From Bispira polyomma (lineage: Eukaryota): a stretch of 64,000 bases of DNA. Shown here one piece after another: positions 49,075 through 61,842 of this stretch. Below the pieces are notes generated by a model that did no database searches, was not told where the DNA came from, and saw only the letters and a list, made by a program, of their open reading frames with translations. Within the stretch, counting starts at the first letter, position 1, and each line of letters starts with the position of its first letter. The position numbers and the translations under genes were made by a program. The DNA lies in NCBI GenBank assembly GCA_965649765.1, contig OZ287749.1:49042001-49106000 (forward strand). The letters run 5' to 3'.

Positions 49075-50070
49075 ATGAAAAACAAACTCATTTTTACGTC
49101 AGGACTGCCTAAGCTGAGGTTTGATAAAGCTTTCCGAGAATTGGGTGTTTGGCTGGACTTTCACATATACTTAGCAGGAACACTGTTTTGGATTATTGCT
49201 GTACTTTCTGCAATTTTGTGCTTTCAAATCTGGAGGACAAAACTGGTAAAAAGGAAGGCTTATTACACTGCACTGACAACCATCACATGTATGCATGGTA
49301 CACTAAGGGGGCTATATTTTTGCGTGGATGGATACAACACATCTGGGACTTTTCCAAAGCCTGTTAACTCCGTCATGGGGTCTATTTTTCTGCCGTGTTT
49401 AGCTTCGTCGTTCTATCTCTTGTTTTCAGTTGTAATGGCTATAACAAAGATGAGAATCATTAGGAAAGAATTTATGAAGCCAGTTTCTCTTGTACTGGTA
49501 ATTACAATTAACTTTAGTTTTGCTATTGCGTCTGACATCCTTTCCTCCTACTTTGTACAGGCTGGTTTGATACAACTGATTTGTATGGCATATTTTTCAC
49601 TGTTTGGCATGGTATTCTTCATCATGTATATCATTGCATTTGTTAGATTTTACAAAACGACCAGGCCTTCTGAATCACCTCATAATTTCATCAAAGCAAT
49701 TTACAAATCTAACGAGGGAGCAAGTTATGATGGTACCATAGATACAGAACAGAATACTGCCAGCTCATCGGCTGGGAACAGCTACAGAATTCAAAATCAA
49801 CCCGTTATGCTGGAGGTAACAACCAGGCGTACAGTCAAGAAGACACATTGGCTGGTGCCCTTGACTTTAGTGGCTGCCAGTTTGTTTCTAGTTGTTTCAT
49901 TGGTTGGAGTGTATTTCCTGGTAGTTACTGTCCACGTGATGTTTTCTCCAGATGGTTACATCAATCACTGGGTATGGTTCGGTGTGCAGTGTACCTTTCG
50001 GACAATGGAAGTCTCCCAGTTACTTGTAATACTACTTGTGGTGTATCTAGCCATACATAAAAAGAATTAA
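49075..50070 (+). CDS. PRRT3/PRRT4-like multipass (about 7 TM) membrane protein, single coding exon, 331 aa
   Basis: Intact ORF with aaaATG context and about seven hydrophobic segments. Family-like motifs W..FHIY..G.LF, G.LRGLYF.VDGYN, PCL.S.F.LL and W.W...Q..FR..E. Confidence 0.75.
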   Translation: MKNKLIFTSGLPKLRFDKAFRELGVWLDFHIYLAGTLFWIIAVLSAILCFQIWRTKLVKRKAYYTALTTITCMHGTLRGLYFCVDGYNTSGTFPKPVNSVMGSIFLPCLASSFYLLFSVVMAITKMRIIRKEFMKPVSLVLVITINFSFAIASDILSSYFVQAGLIQLICMAYFSLFGMVFFIMYIIAFVRFYKTTRPSESPHNFIKAIYKSNEGASYDGTIDTEQNTASSSAGNSYRIQNQPVMLEVTTRRTVKKTHWLVPLTLVAASLFLVVSLVGVYFLVVTVHVMFSPDGYINHWVWFGVQCTFRTMEVSQLLVILLVVYLAIHKKN

Positions 50071-50292
50071 ATAACAATTTACATGACTTGAACAGTGGTA
50101 CTGTAGCTGACTTGTATTTCATGTTGACTTCCTGAGTTGATATTTACTTGTAAAATGGCTGTTACTACAAATTCAGGCCCCTGTTACACAAAGGCCTACT
50201 AACGACTAGTATTCTACTAACTAGTATTGTTGGTGTTACTATAGTTAATATAGTGTGCCACCATAATGTAGTGACTACCTTCTAGGGATCTA

Positions 50293-50400
50293 GGGGGCCT
50301 CGGCGGTGTAGTGGTAACACACTCCCCCTCCCACCGCTGGAATTGTGGGTTCGAATTACAGTCTGTGCATATATGTAGAAAAATTGGCAGTAGATTTGTA
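50293..50400 (+). mobile_element. tRNA-derived SINE head fragment (shorter relic at ~3027-3060)
   Basis: gggcctcggcggtgtagtggtaacac ... gggttcgaat A/B boxes; does not fold into a full cloverleaf. Confidence 0.55.
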
Positions 50401-50714
50401 GGTGCTTTGTGAAAGAGTACAACAGCCATTGCTCTTACTAAAATGAGGGCCTAGTAGGATGACATTTTCTGATTTTACGTGTAATTTGTGAAACTGTTGC
50501 CAATTATATTTACCTATGACTGTTTTCATTTTGAGACAAAGTATATAAAAAGGACACAGGATGTATTAAATGTTAATATAGCAATACATTACACTGAATT
50601 TGTAACTTATAACTAAATGTAAGCCTGTTTATTTTTGTTGTGTGTTAATACAGGTATATAATGGAAAGTCTTTCCGCTGAAGCTCGTTTTATAATGTACT
50701 GTATTTTGCATTTT

Positions 50715-50870
50715 ATTTGCACCTTATTGATGCGCAACAACAGAATCAATTAACCAATCAAGTAGTCCAAAGAACATAGTCAGGTTGTAAAGAAGGATGT
50801 GAGGGTGTGCAGAAGGGGGTGGGGGTGGGGGGGGGCTGGTAAGCAAGTTGGAAGAGATAGTTTTGAAGTT
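50715..50870 (-). mobile_element. L2-group LINE 3' tail fragment
   Basis: gcgcaacaacagaatcaattaaccaatc is shared with 7760 and 16180. Confidence 0.6.
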
Positions 50871-53214
50871 TACCCTTGTTTGTATTTTCTTTTAATTTTT
50901 AGATACTGTATTTGGTGTATTTGGCACCTAGCATTCCTGTTTACTCACCTAGTTCGGGGACCATTTTGGTGATTTCTATGGTAAGTGTTACTTGTAGAGT
51001 CGTCAAAATTTTGTTTCCTAAAAAAAAAACAACACCATATGTGTCTTCTTTGAGATTCCTCAAGCTAACCATTTAGGAATTCCATCTGGAATTCTATGCA
51101 CCTAGGTATTAGTAAGAAACATCGAATTCATCACTGAGATGATACTCGGTGATTGCATTAAATTGTGCATAATTGTGTATATACTTGGTATCTAAAGAGG
51201 TTACAAAAGCTAATAGTAGTGTTAGCTGGTGAAGCCATTTAAATTTTTATTGTCATACACTTTATTACTAACTCCATAAAACAACATTATGCAGAGCGTC
51301 TACATTGAACAAGGCACCATGTAAATCGGTTCTGTAGTTCCACTAGGTGACAAAAAAATCAACCATTGGAGGCAGAGGTAATAAATGGTGTGGAAAACGA
51401 ACTTCCTCCGTTATGTCCCAGGTGAATAGCTGTTGGTTTGACTACTGTTAACAGTAAGTTAACACTTACACAAGAGAGTGACTTTACCATTAATTGTGTA
51501 ACAGGTTGGGATAATTTTTTAATTCCCCAGAAAGTTTTATGGCTGTTCAGCAATAAAAAACAACATGTTGGCAGTTACTCGTTGGTCAAAGCAATGTAAA
51601 AATATTGTTGCTAATTTCCCATAAGGTTTCCTGGGAATCCGTATTTTGTCACTAATTTTACTGACAAAACAAAATTGATAGGACCACCTATAATTTTTTT
51701 TAATTTCTATAGAATTGTATAATTTTATCACCAAAGCTTGCAGAGACACAAGGTCCATTGCAATTTTTAATTTAAATCTACTTTTGAATCCACAAAATTA
51801 ACTTAAAGAAGAGAAGTAGTTGTTTTGCTCCACTAACTCCCACATGTTTTAGAACTTTAGTTAGGCTTCAACAGGAGCTCAAGCATCCATCTTGTTTATT
51901 CCATAACCACAACATACTGCTTATCAAGTTTTAATTTAGTCACATGGCACATTCAAATATGGCAAAGTCATTTTTCCCCCTCTATTTAACCCTTAATATT
52001 TCAGTGAATAACCCACAACTCCCATATCTTTTAAAAATTTGGGTAGGCTTCCACAATAGTTTAAGCCGCTATCTTGGCATCAAATCTAAACAAAATAAAA
52101 TCTAGGGATTTTGTGAAATTATACAGATTTCCTGTGACATATACAGCCATAGACTTGTTGAAACAAAATTAGTGGAGTAACTGCAACCAGACAAAGCTTT
52201 ATCAAAGCTTGCACCTCGGGACACAGAAATGGTTACAATTGTTAAGATATATGAGGGACGGACAAAAACAGTACTAGCTTTACTTTACTACATATGAATT
52301 ACCGATTATTGATTGACAGTGCAAATTACCTGTGCTCAGTTATACATGCTAAATAATATTGATTTTCCAGAAATAAAGTAAAACTTCCTGCCCATTCCTT
52401 TAACAAAGTCGCCATTCTAAATCTGTCACAGGTGTATCTTGTTTATCAATAGCCATTAATTTTACTAACAAGGTATCAATCAGTGTAACACTTCAATAAA
52501 CACTTCTAAATTCTGTTGTTTCTGCTTTTATCTTCCTCTTTGGATGCTAACAAGATTATTAAGCTACACCTTTTCTTATTAAGTAGCATTAGTTCTGATA
52601 GCAGTTCTGAAATATACAAAGCTCTCAATAAACCTAAAGGTATGTTATGAAAATTATTGCCACTGTACTTCAGAACTAACTATGCCAGATTGGTATACCA
52701 GTCACTGGTAACCAGTCCCTATTACAATTCCCCTATTCAGTAACTCTGACTAGCAAATATGCTAAAATGAGTCAACATTCAGCATAAGAAGTGCATGAAT
52801 ATGTATTACCCGCCCACGGGGAAAAAGTGTTTGTGTTCTCCCAGCAAGAAGAGGGCACCACGTTACACGTGGCAGCAGTAGTTCAGGTAGAACAGAATCA
52901 ATGTGCAAGATAGGATGTTCACTAATCTGGATCTTCAGATGAAGAACGGGGGAGTGTACAGGTGCACATATTGAAAGAACTGAAAACAGTAGATACCAGG
53001 CGGAACGTTGTAGTGGAACAGATAGCAGATGTACAAGTAAGGGATACAAGCAGTCAACAGCAAGGACAAGACATTTCTAAGTGAAGTTGTGGTTAACATA
53101 AAAAGTATGTCAAAAGTAAAGTTAGTTTTAACCCTTTGATAGTAATACATCATCTGACGATTCTATGATACTTACTATGTCCGTGCTAAGAGACACAATT
53201 GTTCAAGGGTAAAG

Positions 53215-53471
53215 AATTTGAATTTTGAATTTGGATATTTAACGTCCGCTCTAGTACCTTTTAGGTTATATTGGGACGGGTAGTTGGAAACGCTAGAGGA
53301 AACACTGCATACAGTCAGTCAAGGTTCTGCACTGAAACCAGCGGCCCACAGTAAGGAACTACCACCTTTCCCACATAGGCAATGATGGGATTCAAACTCA
53401 CGCCGCCCAGAGGTGAGAGACCAGAGATTGTGAAGTGCAATGTTTGCTAACCACTAGCCCACCGCGGCCTC
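53215..53471 (-). mobile_element. Second full-length copy of the SINE family at 36232-36482
   Basis: Reverse-complement match along its whole length; degenerate TSD ttca.g.gtaaag. Confidence 0.9.
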
Positions 53472-53699
53472 TTCATGTGTAAAGAAGTGATGCATGTGTC
53501 AGTCACCATGTAAATAATGTACGTGAAGTTTGCAACAGTTGCGTTAATGTCAAACAACGAGTGTGCCCTGTTATATATATGTAATAACATTAGCCTTGCT
53601 CTTGACAGGGGTAAAATTATTGCTTTGACACTGCAGACTGAATAGCAATTTTTGATACTATTGGCCTCAAAATACACTTTAAAGAAATTGTCTTGGCAT

Positions 53700-54320
53700 T
53701 AAAGGGCTTGCACTGGATCGGATTAGGGATCTGTCTTGGGGCCGCTGTTGTTTATCCTTTACACTTCCCTATATTGAAATCAAACTCAATATGAAACATA
53801 TGTATGCTGACGACATCCAAGTCTGGGTATAAACTTAAATTATGTTTCCATAAACCTCCTAGACAATCCCATACTGCCACTTGATAATATTTTTAAGGTA
53901 CGTCGCTCTTGCTATCTTTATATTTATGACCGCAAGAGAATTAGAAAACACCTATCCCATCAAACTGCCATAGTCACTTGGACTATTGCAATTCTCTATT
54001 TCTTGAACTTAATAAGTACCAATTGGAAATGTTACAGTCAAGCCAGAATAACTTTTTGGAGAGTTGTGCTTTGTCGGATCACAGGCGAGTGTGACTTCTT
54101 CTCTCAAAAGACTTCACTGGCTTCCTTTGAAGTGCCGAAACATCTTTCAGACTATCGTTTTAGTCAGGCCCTATATTTTGAGTCATTGCCGTCTTTCAGC
54201 AGGCTTACTAGAGGAAACAAAATCCCAGTCTTTAATACTAGAACCAGTAAATGGAATGGATGTTATGCATTTTCTATTGCAGCACCTATGCTATGAAACA
54301 ATTTAACAGCCAATACCAGA
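53700..54320 (+). mobile_element. Highly decayed L2-group LINE RT fragment
   Basis: GSVLGPLLFILYT, YADDIQV, LDYCNSL and LKRLHWLP motifs in shifting frames. Confidence 0.7.
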
Positions 54321-54344
54321 TCACAGAGAATCGTGTTTCAGAAG

Positions 54345-54470
54345 TTCAAGGTAGAACTAGATCAAGGTATAAACAAAATGAAGGAATAAATTAGATAAAT
54401 GTATTAACCAGATGAAGGTATAAACCAGATGAAGTTGTAAATCAGATAAAGGTATAAACCAGATGAAGGT
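54345..54470. repeat. Degenerate 17-bp tandem repeat (gaaggtataaaccagat)
   Basis: About 6-7 imperfect copies are visible. Confidence 0.75.
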
Positions 54471-54559
54471 CACTTACTTATGAGAGACACCAACTGTTCC
54501 TATTTTAGCAAGGAAGAAATTATTGAAATTATAATTATTTTATGTACTATTTGATGCAA

Positions 54560-55220
54560 GTCATTTCATAACTTGGGTGCAGCAAATGAGAAATGGACTT
54601 TTGATTTGTATATGCTGTGATCAAAGGTAGGAACTTCGAGAAAGACTTAGTTAGGAGATATATGGGCTGAAGTATAATGAGAGGCCTGTATTGAGAGACT
54701 TGTAGACCAATGTGGCAGTTTTGAATCTTTTAGAACAGGAGATATGTGGGTTCACTTTGAGGTATTAGTGACGATATGAGAATTTTGTATTGCCTGAAGG
54801 CGAGACATGTCCTTGGCAGACAAACTGTTTAGCAATGAGTTACAATAGTCAATGCGACTGCTCACAAGTGCATTAGCCAACAATACTGCTGTATCCCTCA
54901 ACAAATAGCGTTTCACGTGTCCTAAATCTCTCAGACTGACAAAACAGGATTTACAGACAAAAAGGATATTTTTGCTGAACGAAAAATTAGCGTGGAACAT
55001 TACTCCAAGATAACGTACAACATCTGAGGATGATATCATATTCCCAAGGATGTTTATTTGAAAGAATCTTGATAATTTAGTATGTTGTTTACTAGTGCCA
55101 AAAACACTTGCTTGAGCTTATTTGAGAACATCAATTCCCGCGTGTCCTTAAGGCAGGTTTGGGTCAAAAGGAATGGCAGCATTTAATGAGGAGAGGTGAA
55201 TGTATACTTTATCTTATATA
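54560..55220 (-). mobile_element. Decayed L2-group LINE fragment
   Basis: VRYLGV.F...FSF, ALVSSRIDYCNSLL and FSFAAPKL motifs. Confidence 0.75.
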
Positions 55221-57436
55221 GGTGGACTGAGAGAAGTTTATTTTAAAAGAAAATGAAAGAATTAGTAAAAAATACAATGTTGTATGTTGAAAAAGCTAAC
55301 ACACCTTTTGTTACTTCATGGATTCTCCTGTCTGGTAAGGCGTCATAGCTATGCAAAATAGTTACTAACAAAAAACCCAGAATGTCACATGTTTATGTAT
55401 AATGCACTTGCATAAAGGGGCCTGCACCTCCCTCCAACCTGCTTTTATTAACGACTATTCTTGTTTGTTCTAGGGGAACGTATTGTATTGCTATGTGCAT
55501 AAATTGGGTGAACCTATTGTCAAGAACTTTGTTTTGTTTTAAAGGTACAACTATCTAAAGTCATGTTGTCTAATGTAATATATGAGGTCATTATAGCTTA
55601 TTAAATAGCTAACTAGTATGACTTAAGTTTTGTATCTTAGTAAAGACCTCAATACCTGATGACCAATTATATTGATGTTACTCTGAGTCTTCTTAAGATG
55701 GACAGAGAGATTATGTCCCAGTCAGATTTTAGTTTTGTCTTTATATCATCGTTATAATAGTTGTGCTACTAGGCACGTAGGCCACTTCATGTGTAAATTT
55801 TTTAAGTAAGGTTGAAATATAATTATTTGTAGCCACTTTATGTGAAAGTTTTTTATTAAGGTTCATATGTAGTACGTAATAGCCACTTTATGTATACGAT
55901 TTCTTCAGTAAAGTTGTAATATATAAACTTCTAGTCGATATGGAAAATACAATGTTACATCTGCAATCAAACTGATGTAAGCTGTTGTAACAGACATACA
56001 CCAAATCTACATTATTGCACACCAACAATATTGCTTATTTTACACTTTTACAAAAAATCTTATTATGTTGATTAGTGCATAAGCAAACAAATATTTTCAA
56101 AGAATCTGCCGTTAAATGCAACAGAAGAAAATATTGATCCAGTGACTCAGGGTCTTGTTGAAAACTTTAGAACAATTATGTTTAAAGTTAAAGCCAGATT
56201 GCGGTTAAAATATTTTAGTTTCTAATATATATACTACTAAATTTATAAACAGTTGACTTTCAGTTAGGGCATAAACTTACCTTAATTAGAGGCGTAATGT
56301 CACCTTAGCACGAAGTTCACCTTATCTTGAGTTTAAATTTTGATTTAAACTTTGGTAAAATGCCACCTTTAAGATAATTTGATCTTGTGTGTATTTTCAG
56401 ATTTGAACTTGCAGGAGCACATTATGCACTCTGTCCATCTCAGATTTGCAGATTAAGTTCACTTTGAATGAGCATATTATGTACTCTGTAAATATCAGAT
56501 GACTTTTGCCTACAAGGCAGTAATTTTTGTTTACTGTCCATTCGATAATATTTAGTAATAATTAAATTTCTAATGAAATATATATTTAACTGACAATTTT
56601 TTTTACACCGGACACCATGCCATTAGTGAAGATATTGTAGTACATTCTTAAAACAGTCTGCTACCCAAGAGAAGAAAATATTGATAAACTTTTGGTCCGT
56701 TCTCTATTAATAATTCAATGTTGCTTTAGAAACAGGTTTTTTGTGTCAAATTGATAGCTCCACATCGTCATTAGTGAGTGATAAATCAAGATAAAGACCT
56801 TAAGTCATCAGAATTGGCTCCAAAAACAAAAGTACTTCTTGATATCTTTTAAAGTGGCTCTACTGACTTAAATTAGAACATATTGAAGTTGCACTTAACA
56901 GTCTAGTTGTCTATGTTTCACAGATATGCTGTCGATATTGTAAAGTTGGTAGTAAAGGGGTTATTGACTATGACATTAACTTTATATTATATGTAATTGT
57001 AAAAGTTAAGATTCTGACTTATTTTGGCGAGTTATGTGGCTTTTAATGTTTCAAACCAATAAAAAATTTACCACTGCACCCCAACAACTAGTTATTTAAT
57101 TGAATAATGAAAGTGAACAATAAAAACAGAGCCTCAGAAGGTAAGTTGTGCTGTAGATTGAAAAAAAAAATAAGATCTGGTTCATGAACTTACCATAAAA
57201 ACTCAGTATATTAATTTAGGACACTGAATGAAAATTAATATAAAACCTGCACAATGCACACATATTAATTTAGGACACTGAATGAAAATTAATATGAAGT
57301 CTACACAATGCATACAAGTGCTAATTGTGGGAGGCTTATAGGGAGCCCATCAATCCTAATAGGGAGCTTAAACACATATTCATATTAACTGGAAAATGTA
57401 TGTACTAAGATTAGTTATAATTTTATCTATTGTCGT

Positions 57437-57800
57437 TTAGTCCAGTGATTTTGACCCATCCTTGATGCTCTTGATTAACTGATAGGACAGTGTACTACTA
57501 CAAAACGATTTTAATGAGCCACTGACTCTTTCTGTATGGATAGGCACAGATGATATTGTACATGAGGTTTGTACATCTTTAGCACAGTTGGGTTTTTTGC
57601 CTTTGGTAAAGGCCGGAATTACTAATTCTGAACAACACAACCGCAAAATCTTCTACTATTGTAAAACCCCTATTTGCAAGTATTTGATCAAAGGGTATGT
57701 ATAAATTTTAAGACATAAAGCCTGGTTTCCTAACAATTTCTACACCATATGCTTCTGACAAAAATGTTACTGCTCCATGAGGGTTACGGCAAATACAATT
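57437..57800 (-). pseudogene. Harbinger/ISL2EU-type DDE (DDE_Tnp_4) transposase relic
   Basis: ILA(N)RGF.I and ELVIPAFTKGKK...KDVQTS..ISSV.IHTERV.G.LK.F motifs. Confidence 0.7.
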
Positions 57801-60800
57801 TATTGTTTTTGTAGTTTCAATAGGTTTGTGCCCTTGCTTAGAGGTTCTTGGGAGGATCTATAACAATTTTAATACTGTCAATAATTAAGGTTAACCTAGA
57901 AATTTTTTATTTAAATATAAGGGGATTAGCTTGAAATGTTTTACCTAGAAGGCCATTTTGCCAAAAGCTTAATTTTTACATACAATAAGTCAGTCCATCT
58001 ATAAAATATATGCTATGCACTTGACTTTGGGTTAGGATACCAAACATGTCCCCCCAAGAATCTTAACAGTAGTAATTTGACCTTGTTATTATTATTGTGA
58101 TTAATGCTCACACTTTTTTATGTGAAATTTGATCTGTGCGCAGTAAATTATTACTTCTTGTTATTTTAATGTCATTAGAATATTGTTTATTATAGTTCTC
58201 TAAAATAAAAATGAATAAAATTAAATGTGATAATTAACTTGCATTCTGCCGTTCTTTTTGTCCTTTCACATAAAAGTTGTCTGTCTCTGCAAAAGAAACA
58301 AAGGGCTTTTTGCATTTAACACCTAGTCTAAAAATGAAATAATATCTTGCTTTAACTAGTGAATCAAACTATTTTGGGCCATATTTGGTGATGTGAAAAA
58401 AGTTATATTAATTTTTGATTGTTGTTAATTAAACCTATTTTACATTACAAAAAGGTTAAATTTGCCTGAAGTTTAGGTATTCATGAGGCAATATCTGAGC
58501 AAAATTTGTATACCTCAGTTGCATATTTTTCAACGAGTTATTGTGAAACATTTATATTTTCTAAAAGATTTTGAAAAAAAAAAAAAAAGATTTCAGGCTT
58601 TTGGGTATCTTTACAATCATAGACTAGTTTTCCACAACGTGTTGTCACTTAAATGTGTAGGCAACTTTTTAAAACTAATGCCACTCTCCATTATCTATCA
58701 CATGCCCACAAAATACATTTCTCTGCTTAGACAATCCACTGATGCTGAGGTTTAGTATAGAGGTCCAAGGTGAATTAGTGAAGACAGTGAAAGATGTTGT
58801 TTGAGGTTTTATTTTACAAATTAATATTTATCTATAGCTTTACAATATAAAATTAAGTTAAAATTTAAATGCAATATAGTTTTAAGCCCATTCTTGACAA
58901 TTTTTGATTCCATCTTAGTTTTTTTCCCACTGCCAGATGCATGCTGTTCTCAGTACAGGGTCAGTGATTTTGTGGCATCATACTTACCCCTAGCATTTGA
59001 ACTTGGTTATGCTCTAGGGGAATAAACTTTAAATGAAAAAGGGCATTTTATTTTAACAATTTTTCTTGACAACTGCTACAGAATCGGGACAGGATTCTAT
59101 GAAAATAATTTCTTTCATTAAAACCAAACCAGTGTGATTAATATGAACATTGCCATGATATGTACTGAAAACTTTGTCTATAGATTCCAAACCGTGTTTT
59201 TAATTGCTGGTCCCAACCTAAGTGCCTGTTTGAAACAATTTTTTTACAACATATATTTTAAAGGTAGGATCTTCTGTAGAATGATAAACGACACACTTTA
59301 TCACTGAGGCAGTAATTGTGTCAACTCGTTTGAATGCCACTGTATTAACTTTGCTTATTCAATTGTTGAATCAAGTGGAATGTTCTGCATCAGCTATATT
59401 CATTATTGTTATCCTTAGTATCTTGTTTTCGTGATTTTTTTATTATTTTATACATACATGGCCCCCTTTCAAAGTTTCACACATATAATGTTCTGTTGAC
59501 ACTTTGGAAGATACATAGCTTGATAAATTCATCAATGTGCTCTTTGACTTCTAGTTCATATTACTACCTGAAATGCAGCACAATACAGTAGAATAAATTT
59601 GAAAAGTTGAAAATAGGAATGCACATAATTGAGGTTCTGCTCTAAATAGTCAGCTAGAAACCTAAGAAACGTTACTAATGACTTAAATATATTTATGTAC
59701 ATTGCCACGCCTCCCCCTTTCTCTTCTTACTTGTCATTTGATTTGTATATTGCCCCCAACCACCGAACCCCCGTCGATCAATTACCAGTTCTCACAATTG
59801 GGATATTTAAATACACTCAATCATAAGGCCCACAAATATAAACTGTTTCAGCCTTCACCAACAATTTTAAAGTTGAAAATATTGGTACATAGTACAATAT
59901 AAATTTGACCAATAGAATTAATTTTAGTTTAAATTGATGACATGCCATATGATATTTTATGTTTTAATAATGTCAAACATAGGCATCCATTTTACCAGTA
60001 GGGTAATAATACCAATCGATGTGAATTTATTTGAAATTGATCACCCTTTTTATTAATGGCCTGGTCTCATATAGACGAATATTTGGCAGTATTCGTTGTA
60101 TCTAGCAAATCCTAGTTTGTGAACTTTCGTCCACAAACCTGTGCCATGAAACTGATGCATACCTCCACTAACACCCACTAACTTGCAGTAATCCCCACCA
60201 GTTAAAAAACGAATACCCATTAATACCTCACTGATACCATCGAAAGGTCAGTATCTGCTACTAATTGACACTAATGCAAAATCAGCCATAAAAACCTGCT
60301 ACTGATGAAAAACGTTCCAAAACTAATCAAGATACATGCCCATCTACCTAATAATCAAGTCACATGTAACAGTATTGTTAAGTTAATTTATGTACGAAGT
60401 TTCTTTAAGTTTTATCTTTATAGCATAATTATATCAAATATGCATAAGTTTTGCACATAAATCTTATGTGTTGATTTACACACGTGTATAATCAATGTGT
60501 AAAGTGAGTTTATAGTTTTTGTAGTTACTGGGTACTGTGACAGCTGCCAGTGGTAGGGACACAACAAAGAGTGACCCTGACAATACTGAGGAGGAAGTAC
60601 AGCTGAACATGTGTACTAAGGCATCCAGTAGTACAGCTGTAATTAATTTACAGATAAATCCAGAGATTTCTATAATTTTAATTTGAATAACTTGAATTGT
60701 AGGCTGGATTTTGTCCTAATAGACGTTATTATGTGTATCTTTTTCACTTATTTATACTGTCACAGAATTTTTGGAGAATATTGTATGATATTGTATTTCT

Positions 60801-60814
60801 TATTATATTTAAGA

Positions 60815-61400
60815 AAAGGAACCAACCACACATTAGTGGACTGGTATAACTTTGCTAGAAAAGTCAGTCTACAAATATCTAGATTGGATAACCAAAAAAT
60901 AGGTGGCTCAGGTATTACTGTTAAAATTGATGAAAGCAAGTTCGGAAAAAGGAAATATCACAAGGGCAGAAGGATTGATGGCTGTTGGGTGGCATTGAAA
61001 GTGTTTGAAAAAGATGGGGGTTTTCAAATAGAAGATAGATCAGCGGCCACTTTGATACCTATAATTAAGAAATACGTTCATGAGGGTTCTATATTCCCTT
61101 GTGACTGCTGGAAAGCTTACTCTTCCCTTGAAAAAGAAAGATATACAACTAACTATACACCAAACCATTAAAAAAAATTGTAGACAGTGAAACAGGTGCT
61201 TACACACAAACTACTGAATCAACCTGGAATGCTCTTAAGAAGCATCCCAAAACAGGATCACAAAAACACATGTATGATGGTTATTTTTGGAAGTAAGTTG
61301 TTAGGAAACGCTGTTTCACTGACTGTAGTGACAATTTTCTCCAATTTTTGGAATTCATAAAACGTGTCTACAATTCAAAGAAAGAGGAGAAACAAGAGAA
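60815..61400 (+). pseudogene. Merlin (ISXO2/IS1595-like) DDE transposase relic
   Basis: VDWYNF.R, KIGGSG..V.IDESKFGKRKYHKGR, DRSAATLIPII, DCWKAY, NH...VDSETGAYTQ..ESTW; frameshifts present. Confidence 0.85.
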
Positions 61401-61842
61401 CTTTAACACCAGTGAAGACTTTTTCGATTATATTATGTACATTTTGCAGGTATTTGGTTACAAATTGCTTTAAAATATTAAACATTTCATATTTCAGCTT
61501 TTTATGTTTTTTTTATTTACCGTATCATTTTGTAAAATAATTGCGGTAAGATTTGTGTTTTATTAATAATCCAAGTAATTTATACAATTCCGTGAACCAC
61601 GGCCATATTTCCCTCTCTTTTCTTGTGAACAAATCCTTAAAATTTAGTACTGAGTGTAAAAGTCCACACTAAAACCCAAATTAAATTCAAATTTTGATGT
61701 ATACTATTATGTGAATATTACTTTAATGTATTACCTAAAGGTATTCCAAAAAAGAATCAGAGTAAAATTATAAATTATGATAAACTTCAAACCAGTGAAA
61801 CCACATACATCAGGTCCGAAATATGTATTTAATTTATTGTAG

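Noticed and set aside
52830-53085. Purine-rich exon-like stretch
   Set aside because: No frame gives a recognisable or splice-consistent product.
60683-61171. Bacterial IS1595 element or contamination
   Set aside because: Eukaryotic Merlin transposons have the same motifs, and this copy is decayed and embedded in host-like DNA.
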